Below, in pieces: positions 50,501 through 61,853 of a stretch of DNA of 64,000 bases. The notes below the pieces were generated by a model. That model searched no databases. It worked only from the letters and a program-made list of their open reading frames with translations, and had not been told where the DNA came from. The translations under genes were made by a program, and so were the position numbers. This stretch comes from Ancylonema sp. Taxonomy: Eukaryota. The DNA lies in contig JBFLGF010000092.1 in the NCBI GenBank assembly GCA_050230475.1, positions 1 to 64,000 of the forward strand, read 5' to 3'. How positions within the stretch are numbered: the stretch's first letter is position 1; each line of letters begins with the position of its first letter.

Positions 50501-52103
50501 ATGATGGAGGCCCTCGTCTCAAGCAGTGGATTGCAATTCAAGAGAGACACTCAAGGAAGCCAGTGAAAAATCTGAGATCTGATCGAGGTGGAGAGTTCAT
50601 CGATGGTGACTTCGAAAAATGGTTGAAGGGCAGAGGGGTCAAACATGAGACAACGCCACCAAACACACCTTAAGGGAATGCCATCACGGAAAGGATGAAT
50701 CGAACTCTGCAAGATGGAGCAAGATCGATGCTGCAACACATGCAAGTGCCTCCTAGACTCTGGGCTGAAGCAATCTCCTTCCCTTCTTACCTTCGAAATC
50801 GCTGCCAAGTTAGCAGTCTCTCCAAAACACCTGAGGAGCTGTGGTCCGGAGCTGTTCCAAGAATTGATCATCTCCGTTCGTTTGGCTGCAAAGTGTACGT
50901 CAGACTTGAGAAACAAGAAAGAGAAGGGAAAATGGGAGCTCTGGCGTGGATGGGAATGCTGGTTGGCTGGAACTCCGACAGTCCATGTCATCGAGTCTGG
51001 GACACTGTGTCAAACAAAGTTCACAATGTCGGAGTTGCACATGCAGATTTTGATGAGGATGTGAAAGTTGGCTAGTGGCGTTGACAGAATGTTGGGAAGA
51101 AAGGAAAGCTGCATGATATTCAATAAGTTTCAAACATAGAATGGCCAGATCTGCAAGAGTGTAGCCTCGGAGTGGGAGGGGGTAATTCTGGAAGTGGGCT
51201 ACAAGCTCAAGAAAATCTGAATTCAGTCGATGAACAGATCCCCGATGTTGTGGGAAATCCCTCACCTCAGCTTCTGGGAGCTGTTCCTCTTCAGAATCAA
51301 GAACTTCGTGAACATGTCAGCAATTCGAGTGGGAGTGATGAAGATCAAGATGTGCTGGAAGATGGCCCTGAGTGGTACCCCGACGATGCTACTCCAACAA
51401 ATCCGTTTGGTCTTGGTGATGATGATACCGATGCTGAGCCCACAGATCATCCTTCTTTTCCTTGACGATCTTCTAGGCAAAATAGAGGTGCTCCTCCAAA
51501 CCGATTCGCTGCAGCGTTTGTTGAAGGAAAAGGCGGTATTTTGATTATTGGTAACAATGAGAGCTCGATGAAGCTAAAAATCCAGTGTTTCATAAACGCT
51601 CAAAACATATTGAGATCAAGTGGCATTCTATCCGGGAGAGGGTTGCGAAGAAGAAGACTTGGCTGGAGTTTGTAAAAAGTGAGGATCAGGCTGCTGACAT
51701 GATGACAAAGGCTGTACCTGTCAAAGTTTTGAGGAAGAATTGTGCTTTAATTGGGTTGATTGAGGAGCAGTGGACGTTTATGAGACTCTGAGTGTTTTTG
51801 TGAAAAATCGATATATTGTGTTATCGTTTTTGGAGGGGGAAACAAAAGTACCCAGGGAGGGGGTGTTAGTTTTTAGGGGCTCTGAACTTTTGTTGTTATA
51901 TCGATTTGTCCGATCCGGCCGCTGTAGTTTGAGTTCTTGTCGACATTCAACAAATGCACGCCGAACTTGTAAGTAATGATTGTGTCGACAAGTTCTGGCC
52001 ACTCAGCATAAGTGTCGATAAGTTTTAGTCGATGTGGCATAATGCTTAGTTGTGATTGGTGTTGACTCAGATAGTTTCGATATGTTGACTTCGGCATTCT
52101 GTC

Positions 52104-54437
52104 CATAGTTACCCGAACCGGCAAAATCACATTTTCGAACCAAGGTCCGCCCCGGTCCGAGATGCGGACCGGGACGGACCGCGCGGTTCTTAGGTTTTTT
52201 TTTTTGGCGGGATTTTTGAAAGAGCGTTTAGCGGGTTGTTTTTTTTTTTTTTTTTTTTTTTTTTGCAGCCTTAGGTGTGAACTCTGGGCACCATATGTGA
52301 CTAGGGTGGGCACCCAACCGCCAACCGCCAACCGCCAACCGCCCAACCGCCGGCTGGCCAACCGCCATTTCAATGGACCTCTGTCCAACCGGGATACCGC
52401 CACCCAACCGTCCAACCGCCGCCCAACCGCCAACCGCCGGTTGGGGCGGTCGGGCGGCTGGACGGCGGTTGGAGCGGTTGGATGGCGGTTGGGCGTAGAT
52501 AGATATTCCTGAGTAGGGGCGTGAATAGTCTACGTGTAAGAATTCGAGGTCCAATCAGAATCAAGGTTAAGAGCTCGATTTTCAACGGCCAATGAAAATC
52601 GGGAAAACCCGGTGCCTCCCTGGCAGATTTGCATGTACGGACAATTCGAAATACACGTGCGGGACTCATTTCCCGCACGAAAATATACACCGACCTAACC
52701 AACAAGAATCGGACGGAATATAGGGGGGGACGGCCTATGGGAAGGACTATGTCCGTCCGATCCGTTTTTTTTCAAAAAAGTGGAAAATTCTGTGGCGAGT
52801 ATTGCGGATCTTCTGACACCACGGGAATTCTACGGCATCGGGGGGTGGGACGGTGTGCGAAACGACAATCCGGCGATGCATTACACTCTCCGCCTTTACA
52901 CGTTTCATCGTACAATCCGCAATCGCCTTCCAACCGTCGCCGTCGGGCTCTTGACTGGCGGGCTCTTGATTGGCGGCTGGGTGGCGGTTCTGGATGGCGG
53001 TTGGGCGGTCGGATGGCGGTTGCACGGTTGGGTGGCGGTTGGAGCGGTTGGGTGGCGGTTGGAGCGGTTGGGTGGCGGTTGGAGGCGGTTGGCGGTTGGC
53101 CAACCGCCAACCGTTGGGATTCTGGCGGTTGGGTCCCACCCTATATGTGTCACGCTTGGTGCCTAAAACATGTCAGAAAATATGTAAACGAGAGGCATAA
53201 GCTACCGTTGATTTCATACAAAACCGTTGATTTTTGAAGCTAATGGAGATTTTGTCGAGTACCCTTAGCTCTATCTCATTGGCTTATCTGCTCTGTAAAT
53301 TTCCGCCCTTCGATGCCAGTATGGGAGATGGTCAAGTTTCTATGATTCATGGTCGCTGTGTAATTGGCGGACATAGACTACCAATCAGATTGGTTGTGTC
53401 AGAGTTCTGAGCAAGCAGTCTGGCGAACAGATTTGCTGGCATAAAGGCAACTTCATTTCGCGCCAACATACATTGGCACAATTGAATACCCCCTACCCAC
53501 TCGTCTTCTTTGACTCGTCTACCCACCCCTTTTTCACTCCGGTCTCACCTCTGCATTCCACCAAGAACACAACTTTGGCCGCCGCTGTTAAGAAGCATTT
53601 CACGCTCAGTGCGGAAAGTATCACTATTGGCGGAGGTGCCAAGAGGTGCAAATGCATCTCTTGCGACAAGTCCATTGTTGGCTCCGCAACTAAATTGAGA
53701 GCCCATCTGCTCGGTATTCAGGGGGCAGGCGTGTTGCCTTGTGCCACGGTCTCATCCGAGGTCGCCGAATCGATTCTGTCGCTAGAGATGGAGGATCCTC
53801 GTCCGCCACCTCCTCCACTCACACGACCTGCGACCTACTTGCAGGCTATGGCGGATAGACCCTCCTCAAGAAGTACCACGCCGGAAAGGGCTTCATCCTC
53901 TGTCCCAAGACCTTCTCCGAGGCGTGTGACCCCAATCTCGGAGGATTTCCGCCGAATGAACAATATGAAACAATGAAGCAACTTGAAAGAAAAAATATGT
54001 CCAATTATAATATTTCAAAATCCAATATTCGTTTGTAACATTGTATCATTTTTTCATGGCTGGCATGTGAGTATTGATGTATTTCATTAGTAGAGAATGA
54101 TAAATGCAATTCGGCCACTTTGAGTAGTGTAGGGAGAGTGGAAGGAAATAACACTCACATAAAATTTATCGAAAAAGCAAGTGTGCAACTTAGTTTTTGG
54201 GTTTTCGTTCATTAATGCATTGCCATTTTTTTTTGTGGTAAATTTTAATAGATGCACATTGAAAAAATACACAATAAAAAATCATTTCCGAAGTTTTTTG
54301 AGCTAGGAAAAAATATAAAAACATATAAAAACAGAAATAACCCTAAATCGCCGGTCCGAACTTTTTGGCCTCGAAGGACGGACTCCGGTCCGAGATGCGG
54401 ACCTCCGAACCCGGTTCCGAGGGTTCGGGGAAATATG
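52104..54437 (+). mobile_element. Deleted hAT element with BED-finger ORF, inserted in the copia 3-prime LTR
   Basis: catagttacccgaacc..ggttcggggaaatatg; TSD attctgtc/attatgtc; ORF 53473-53976 KKHFT..RCKCISCDKSIVGSATKLRAHLLGIQGAGVLPC is a BED-type zinc finger. Confidence 0.88.
52302..53143. mobile_element. hAT MITE, CCAACCG family, innermost layer
   Basis: TAGGGTGGG..CCCACCCTA; TSD tatgtgac/tatgtgtc; dense CCAACCG/CGGTTGG arrays. Confidence 0.9.
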
Positions 54438-55424
54438 ATTATGTCGATCACACTCAACTGTACTAAGAGTGGACTTGCATGCAAGATCCTGTAATCAGAC
54501 TTTCTATCTCAAGCTTGCACTTTTGCTGTGTTAATGCTTGTAATGTCGTGATCGATTGATTCATGAGTTAATTAAGAGTTGAACTTTATTCTTGCAAAGA
54601 TGGCAGAAGAAAGTTCTCACATTCCTTCGTAATGTGTGACACTCATAGATTCGGTTTGTCGTTTGTGCCACAGAAACTATCAGTTTTTTAAGAAATCCAG
54701 CATCTGACGGGTGAGCATTGTTGACTGCCCCGTCCCTCCCCCAGATGTCATCCGATTCCCGTAATGTCAGAAGATCTTTAAGATTCGGTACGGAATCTTT
54801 CAGTTGCCAAAAAAAAACCGGATCCAACGGACAGAGGAACTATCAGAATATGGTTACTATGTTCCGAACGTACTGCCCGAAGTACCGGCAACTAGTAACT
54901 ACCTGCTTCGCAAACGAGGATTTGAACTTAGTCGCATTTCCATGTTTCGTTTTTGCCAGGCTGGCTCGGAGCCATGTTCGCAAATTCCGCGAGCGGAGCG
55001 GGACCCACTATGATTTGGGCAACTAATGTTGTATTGTCTCGGGATGATGAACTTGGTAGATAATTAAAATATTCGAGTGGTAACGTAGCTTGGAAGTGAA
55101 GTGGTGGCCACACATAAATCCGTTGGTTGCTCCGCGGTCCTCTCGTTCTAACCTTACATAAAAGAAAACATCAAGGTTGTATTGAATCAATACAATCTTG
55201 ATGGTTCTCGTTTTCACCATTTCTTTTCTGAACGTGCACTTTTGAATTAAACATGTTTTTTCAACAAGCTTATAGATGCTAATATACATAAGCTTGGAAG
55301 AAGAATACAGGAAAGCATTCACCAGAATTCCGCACAATCCCTACATCCTTCATGTCTCCACCACATGAGGAGCTTTTCGCCCAAATCCTGGCATCCTTAA
55401 AAGTTTTCGGCCCAAGATTTTGAG

Positions 55425-55685
55425 CTAGATTGTCAATTCTTCGGAAAAACTCCCCAATCCAACTCCGAAGACCCCTCCCATAACATTTTTCAAAGCCTGC
55501 GACAAACCAATTTCCACAGCTAGAAGTTGGTCAAAACAAAAGTAAAAGCTCGGTAAAACAATCAGTTGGGGGGGGCAAATGGGCCCCATTTCAAACAACT
55601 ACAACTAGTTGGGGGGGGCAAATGGGCCCCATTTTAAACAACTACTTCTTTGAATACACCACTATTGATATGTATACATAGATTT

Positions 55686-55768
<83 letters not shown>

Positions 55769-56889
55769 GATTTATACCATCTCTACATAGGTTTATACCA
55801 TAGTGAATTACTTGTCGGATTGACTCGCCACTCAAACGTCATTGCATTGGTTGTTGATGAACACGATTGAAAGACGAGAATACTAAACAAAGCCTCAAAA
55901 GTCAAATATCGACATTTGAGTAGTTTTTTCTCAAATACCGCTACACTTCCGCATTGGGAGGGAATTCTATGCGTCCTACCAAGTCTATCGATTGGTTAAT
56001 GGCGGTGTAGGCTTTCTAGATCCGATGTGCAATACACATTCGATGTGGTCGGAACTCTACCGGATCGAACCACACCTATGGTCAAGTGAACACATACAAA
56101 TATTCATGTTGCTTATGAATGTAGCTTCGCATGTGTAGCTTCGCATAGACATGTCTTATTGACACGAACTCTTCTAACGCAAAATCTTCATTCCGCCTCA
56201 TATACATGTCTTATTGACGCGAAATCGTCATTCCGTCTTTCGTGCAGCGCTGCATGCATTCATACATACATGCAACAAATACCTACATTTTTATTGTATA
56301 TACATACACGCATACTCATATATGTTTTATGTGCACATATGCATGTAGTTGTTCATATTCATCCATGCGTTTTTTGCGGTTATGTCTACATATGGATGTT
56401 GAACCTACCATTGTTGTATCAAATCACTCACCTCTCTACCAAACTGTTCCTTCTTTTGGAGCACAGCTGCCAAAGCTTCATTCGAATCTCGAAAGACTCC
56501 GTAAAACTCGGCGAAAAAGTCTTGAGATAGGGCCGGAATGTCCATGTGACATCCGTTATTATGTAGTTGTGGACCCCAAGGCTCTTCAACACAATTCCCA
56601 TCCGTTTCTCGGATGCTCTCAAATGCTTCTAGCTTCGACGTGAGAAGCTCGGCAGCCATGGGCGACAAATGCTGTAACACGAGGCGTTGCAATGTCGAGG
56701 GGAAATCGTTCTGCGAAAACCAAACCGACGTTCGAGTTCTCATGTGAACATATTGACGATAATGATGTTGATGATGACGATGATGATGATGATGAGGAGG
56801 ATGATGATGATGAGGAGGATGAGGATGATGAGGATGATGATGATGATGAGGATGATGATGATGATGATGATGATGAGGATGATGATGAG

Positions 56890-56925
<36 letters not shown>

Positions 56926-56954
56926 GTTAATGACGGTGATGATGATGACGATGA

Positions 56955-56994
<40 letters not shown>

Positions 56995-59900
56995 GATAAT
57001 GACGGTGATGATGATGACGATGATGATGATGATGATGATGATGATGAAGATGATGATGATGATGATGATGATGATGGCGAGGATAATTATTGTCATAGAG
57101 AAATCTAGGCGGGAAAAAAAATCACGGATATGAGGAAGCCGTCCCAAAAAGGTACCATCAACGCAAGTGACAAAGGCAGAATGGTTTCGTATCTCACCAC
57201 CATGGACAGAAGAACCTTCCGGAGGCTGAGTGGAGAGAGGGCTGCGAGTACACTCGCGATCACATCCTCCTCCTCCCAGCCACCACCAACTATAGAAGCC
57301 ATCGGTTCTTCGGGTCTGGGGGCATGTGGATGCATTGAATCTGGATCTCTTTTGATGGTATCTGAACACGAGATTTCATGATTTATTTCGCTTGATGTTG
57401 TTGTATCTCCGGGTGCCGACTTGCTCTGCTCCTCTATTGATTGTGAACCACTTTCTTTGTTGTTCATGGAATCGTTTTGTGTCCCATCAACATCTTGTTT
57501 TCCTTTCTCGGGAAAAGACGTCTTGTTTTCTTTGACGCGGGCAGAGTCGGCAACGATGAGCACCATGACTCGAAGCAGCTCCGTTTCTGTGGGAGATAAC
57601 GACAGGGATGGAGTCGGGTCTGGTTCTATTGCACCCAGCTCGATCTCGCTTTCTGGACTCGTTGGCGCCTTCACGGGGACACCCTCTCTGCTTTGTTTGC
57701 TCTGAGGATTTGGATGGTTTTGGAACGGAGGGAGGCAGAGTCCGTGGATGGGTCGATATGGTTCTATGAGCTGAAGCAACTTCGCCTGCAAAAGCACCAA
57801 GTGTATAGCATTGGTTTGATTGCAACAGAAGGATGGGGTGACACATGGAGTATGATGCATGAATGGGGGGAGGAACAGAAAGGGTTTGTGGTTGAGGCAG
57901 TTGCTGAATGTGGAGTGGGTGCGGGATGGGGACAGGTTCAGAACAGCACAGACCAGAAGGATGGAGGGGGGGGGGCGGGGGCGGGGGGAACAAGATTCAG
58001 GTCTGGGTAGAGAGAGACACACGAGTATTTAAAAAGAGGGGGGGGGGGGGGGAAGGCACCTTCTCCTGGTCCATGAGAATGGAGAGCGTTTTCCGTGCGT
58101 AATACGCAGTCATGTGGGGCTGGGAGTCGAGGGCGAGCCTGAGTGGGGAAGGCCACCAGATGTTGACGGCAAGAGTAACCCCTTCCGTGCTAACCTGATG
58201 CCACCTGGCGGTTACGAAACAACAAGGGCAGGCAGGGGGGGGGGGGGGGGGAGAGGAACATCTCTTACTTCCCCAACAACGTGGTAGCACCAAAATCGTT
58301 GCAATCGTCAGAAATTTGTTTACATTTCCGAATGCTCAGGTAAATATGGCAGGCAGGCGCGGAAAAAAAAAATCCAGTTTTGAAAAAGACATACAGCACA
58401 CACCTGTACCCTTGAGGCGGTGCTTACCATCCTTCGGGGATGAAGAGAGCATCTCCCGGGTGAAGCACCACTTGGTGGGAGAGGGGGAGGGCGTTTGCGT
58501 AGAGGGGGAAGTGGAGGGGATCTGGAGCCGCGAAATCAACGGAACTGCGACACGTGGACACGTAATGAGTTCCTTGGAAATGGATCCAAAAGGGATCCAT
58601 ATCTGGCTGGATTGTTCTCACGAACCGCTCATGTGAGGTCTGGAGTGTGTAGAAGCATCCAGAAGGACATGAGAGGTGGTGCAGAATTCAGCACTCTTCT
58701 TCAATGCCTGTCCACAAGCATTGAAGACGAATGTTTGTGACCCGTCTTCGCTTCTCAGTGTTGCTTTGTAAACCACGGGCGACACTTACCCGTTTTGTCA
58801 AAGTCAAAGTCAAAGTCAAAGTCAATGTCAATGTCAAAATACATGACGGCGAAGAATGGGAGTTGAGACCAGATTTGAGCATAGAACGGCGCTCCCTACC
58901 TGTGATTGGAAGCTTCTCCGTAGAGGCGCATGGGATACATGCTTGGTGTGGCAGACGGGGGCCACAAAGTCACTGCATGGAAACACATGAGCCATGAACC
59001 CAGAGCCCGTGATTTTCGACTTCGAATGGTGGACGAGGAGAGATGTTGTGCGGGAAGAATCAAGAATGTATTCGGGTGGGTGGATGCCCAAGAGGATTCA
59101 GTTGAACAATATAGAAGTGTGGAACAAGCGAGTGAGGTACCTTGCCTGCTTCCAGCAATGGCACACAGCAAGTTGTGGTAGTGGTCGTAGTGCGTGTTGG
59201 AGCGGGATCCGTTCACACTCATCCACAGATTTATGTTACTGACCGTCTCCTTGGGAAGGAACGAAGGCTGGCCATACGGTCAACAAAAAATAAAATCAGT
59301 CCATGCAGTTACGAATCGAAAAGTGCGTCTGTTGAAACAGAAGATCCAAAGTTGTTTTGCGCAACAGATATGGTTCATTTTGTGGACATGCAACTGCAGA
59401 CGAAGATCATTCGCTTGTAAGCCTTCCATCAGACTGGGCAGAATGGCAGAATGGCAGAATGGCAGAATGGCAGAATGGCAGAATGGCAGAATGGCAGCGG
59501 AGTTCCAGAATGTACCACTCTAATATCCTGAAGAAGGTTCCCCAGCGTGGCCTCCCCAGGCCTAGCGCTGTCCATCATGGCAGCCTGTGGAAACAGAAGC
59601 CGAGGAGCAAAAGTCAACAGAAGTCATGAGGTCAACGAAATCATTCGCAACAAAGTTGGCAGTGGTCAACAGGCAATGATGACCTGTCTCGTAGGCGAGG
59701 CTGTGCATAACCAACGCGCAAGCAAAGGCATGCTCGTTGCTAAAACGATTTGGCATTTGAGCATGGAGACAAGCTTGGTGTACCTGGGCGAGGTAGAGAT
59801 GACCGTTCCGTGGTAAGAAGTCATCTTCTGAGCTGCTGGTTACTCCCGACACAGAAGCAGCTCTGTCCAGCATAGCGCCGAAGGTCACCTCCACCTGCGT

Positions 59901-60908
59901 GAATGAATGCTCGTTAGAAACATACATTGTGGTCCGTAAATACAAGTCAGTCCGTACATCCACCATGCACCTGGACATGGTACCTGTAGAGCACCATCAG
60001 ATTTGGAAAACCACGGATCCAAACTGCCTAGCCCTGATCTACCAGGAAAAAAAGCAAATCGAAGCCTCGATACTCGAGCCTTGAACTAGAACAGCAAAAG
60101 CTTTGCTGTTCACTTTTAATGAAGGTTGATCCTACCCGTTCATGCTGGCCAATAGCACCATAGAACGCAGATCCCGCAGGTGACGCCATGACTTCCACTA
60201 GTGCTTCGCCTGCAAGATCCTGAGATTCAGCAGAGACGCCAGCAAATGTCTAAATGAGGTAAAATGATAATGAAGTTATACTAGAATACGTATGTGTGAG
60301 GATATTGGAATTATATACAGCTGCATGACGTTCCTAATCAGCTAGCACCATCAAGAGAGATACTCTGTACTACTATAGGCTGACAATTCTCAATTCTCAA
60401 GTGATACGGGGATGTTATCAGAACCTTGTGATACCTTGAGATAAGGAAGACCGCCACCCAATGGCTGCCACGCCTTCCAAGCGGGCCAACTCTTTATGAT
60501 CTCGCCGAGGACCTGCGACTCAAGCCAATTCAGCATGCTGAGATGCTCCAAAGTGACTTCGGATGCCGATTAATACTGCGCACAGGTGAGGCGATACTTG
60601 TTGCGTGATAAACAAGAGTGAGGAGCAACAGTGGGGACGATCTTCAACCTCGGAGCAAAGTCCACGGTCTGCATGTCTTGAGATGCTAACTGTCTGAACA
60701 TGAGAAGGATGCAACTTAACAGCGGTTCTTTTGACGGATCACTTACAGCAGGTCGGTTCAGGTTCAAATACTCGACCTCAAACTTTACTGGCGTAAGAAA
60801 AAAATCAGCTTTCTGAACGACAGGAACCGACATCAAAGCAGCCGGCTCTCTGCAATTGTATTGGCATAATATCACCCCCTCAGCAATAGCATGCAAGCGC
60901 TCCTCCAT
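55425..60908 (-). CDS. JMJ31: JmjC/cupin_8 2-oxoglutarate Fe(II) dioxygenase, JMJ31/HSPBAP1-like, 12 exons, ~634 aa
   Basis: Phase-consistent exons 60908-60747, 60512-60435, 60219-60136, 59894-59784, 59584-59516, 59267-59141, 58972-58900, 58544-58428, 58204-58060, 57785-57198, 56710-56432, 55496-55425; motifs NRPAVL, LYLAQ, NLWM..SNTHYDHYHNLLC (HxD), LHPGDALFIPEGWWHQV (distal His), LAVNIWW. Confidence 0.88.
55690..55764. repeat. (AT)n microsatellite in last JmjC intron
   Basis: Directly visible. Confidence 0.97.
56754..57075. repeat. (GAT/GAG/GAC)n microsatellite in JmjC intron 10
   Basis: Directly visible, with internal higher-order duplication. Confidence 0.97.
59440..59496. repeat. (GAATGGCA)n 8-bp tandem repeat in JmjC intron 5
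   Basis: About 7 perfect units. Confidence 0.95.
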
Positions 60909-61853
60909 AAACTGTCACCATTTGGACCACTTCCTTCCACTCAGAATCTCAGCCTCAAGCAAATGATATTTTTCTTGCAAGGAGAAGACTGTAAAAGTGA
61001 GTCGTGTAGCACGATGATCTCACGCTATTGATTTTGCTGAACATCCACTGGCAATCTTGAAGTGCAAGCGGCAACCTCATTACATAACCCAAGTGGACCA
61101 GTATCGCATAACTAGAGCGACGGTAACCCCTACGTTGTTAATCTTTTGGCCAATTAGGCCCTTTTCTGTCCACCACGGGATTATTGACTTAAGAACCCTA
61201 ATTTCAGGTTACCCCTAAATGCTGTAGACATACCGTACTAGGCACCTGAAATGATTTCTGTTTTTCCAAAATTAATTATTTTCGTAATGAATTTTAAAAA
61301 TGATCCGTTAGTTATTATCGATGATTTCTGGTAATGATTCCATGAATCCGTTAGTTATTATCAATGATTTTTGGGGATGATTCCGGGTTGTAGGAATAAA
61401 AAGCGTCAAAGATTTCCTTGTTTACGAATTAAAAATCAAATGATTTGTTCTTATCCGGGTCATTCTGACATATTTACCGGACATTTTGACTTCACAAGTC
61501 CATGTGGCAAGCACTCGTACTAGTCGCGATATCTCGACCGGCCACAATTTTGTCATTATGGATGTTCTTAATTTGTAGTGTAGCGCGTCTAGTAGGTATT
61601 ATTTCCCATATCGTGGGACTTCAGGGCCCAATACGTAGAGGTGGGACCTTAGCTCCAGTCGACATTTGGCGCGCTCAAGCTTAACCAGGGGACTCCATCC
61701 ACTTCCCTGCGTCACATCAGTTTCTCCGCAGATCTCCCGCGACCTCGACCTGACAAGCCGATTGAGTGTTACAATTGTCACCAACAGGGACACTACTCCA
61801 GAGAATGTCCCTCACCCCGAAAAGATAAACCGTCGACAAATTCACCACTCTCG

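Larger units (their letters stand above)
48199..54621 (+). mobile_element. Ty1/copia retrotransposon, RT deleted, 3-prime LTR interrupted
   Basis: 5-prime LTR 48199-48606; PBS TGGTATCAGA; gag/knuckle/integrase homologous to 18497-23368; PPT; 3-prime LTR 51864-52103 plus 54438-54621; perfect 5-bp TSD TTCCT. Confidence 0.95.
47906..55012. mobile_element. hAT MITE of the 17102 family split by a copia insertion
   Basis: CATAGTGGATCC..GGACCCACTATG; perfect TSD ATTTGGGC; halves 47906-48198 and 54622-55012 match 17102-17750. Confidence 0.9.

Noticed and set aside
52302..53143. CRISPR-like or Arg/Gly/Trp-rich coding repeats
   Set aside because: 7-bp subterminal motifs in both orientations inside a TIR/TSD-bounded MITE; no repeat-spacer structure.
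55563..55646. ~43-bp direct repeat pair; similar pairs at ~11640-11704 and ~61303-61385
   Set aside because: Two-copy local tandem duplications with no further structure.
56687..57133. Poly-Asp, poly-Met and poly-Ile ORFs
   Set aside because: (GAT)n microsatellite within JmjC intron 10, bounded by phase-consistent splice sites.
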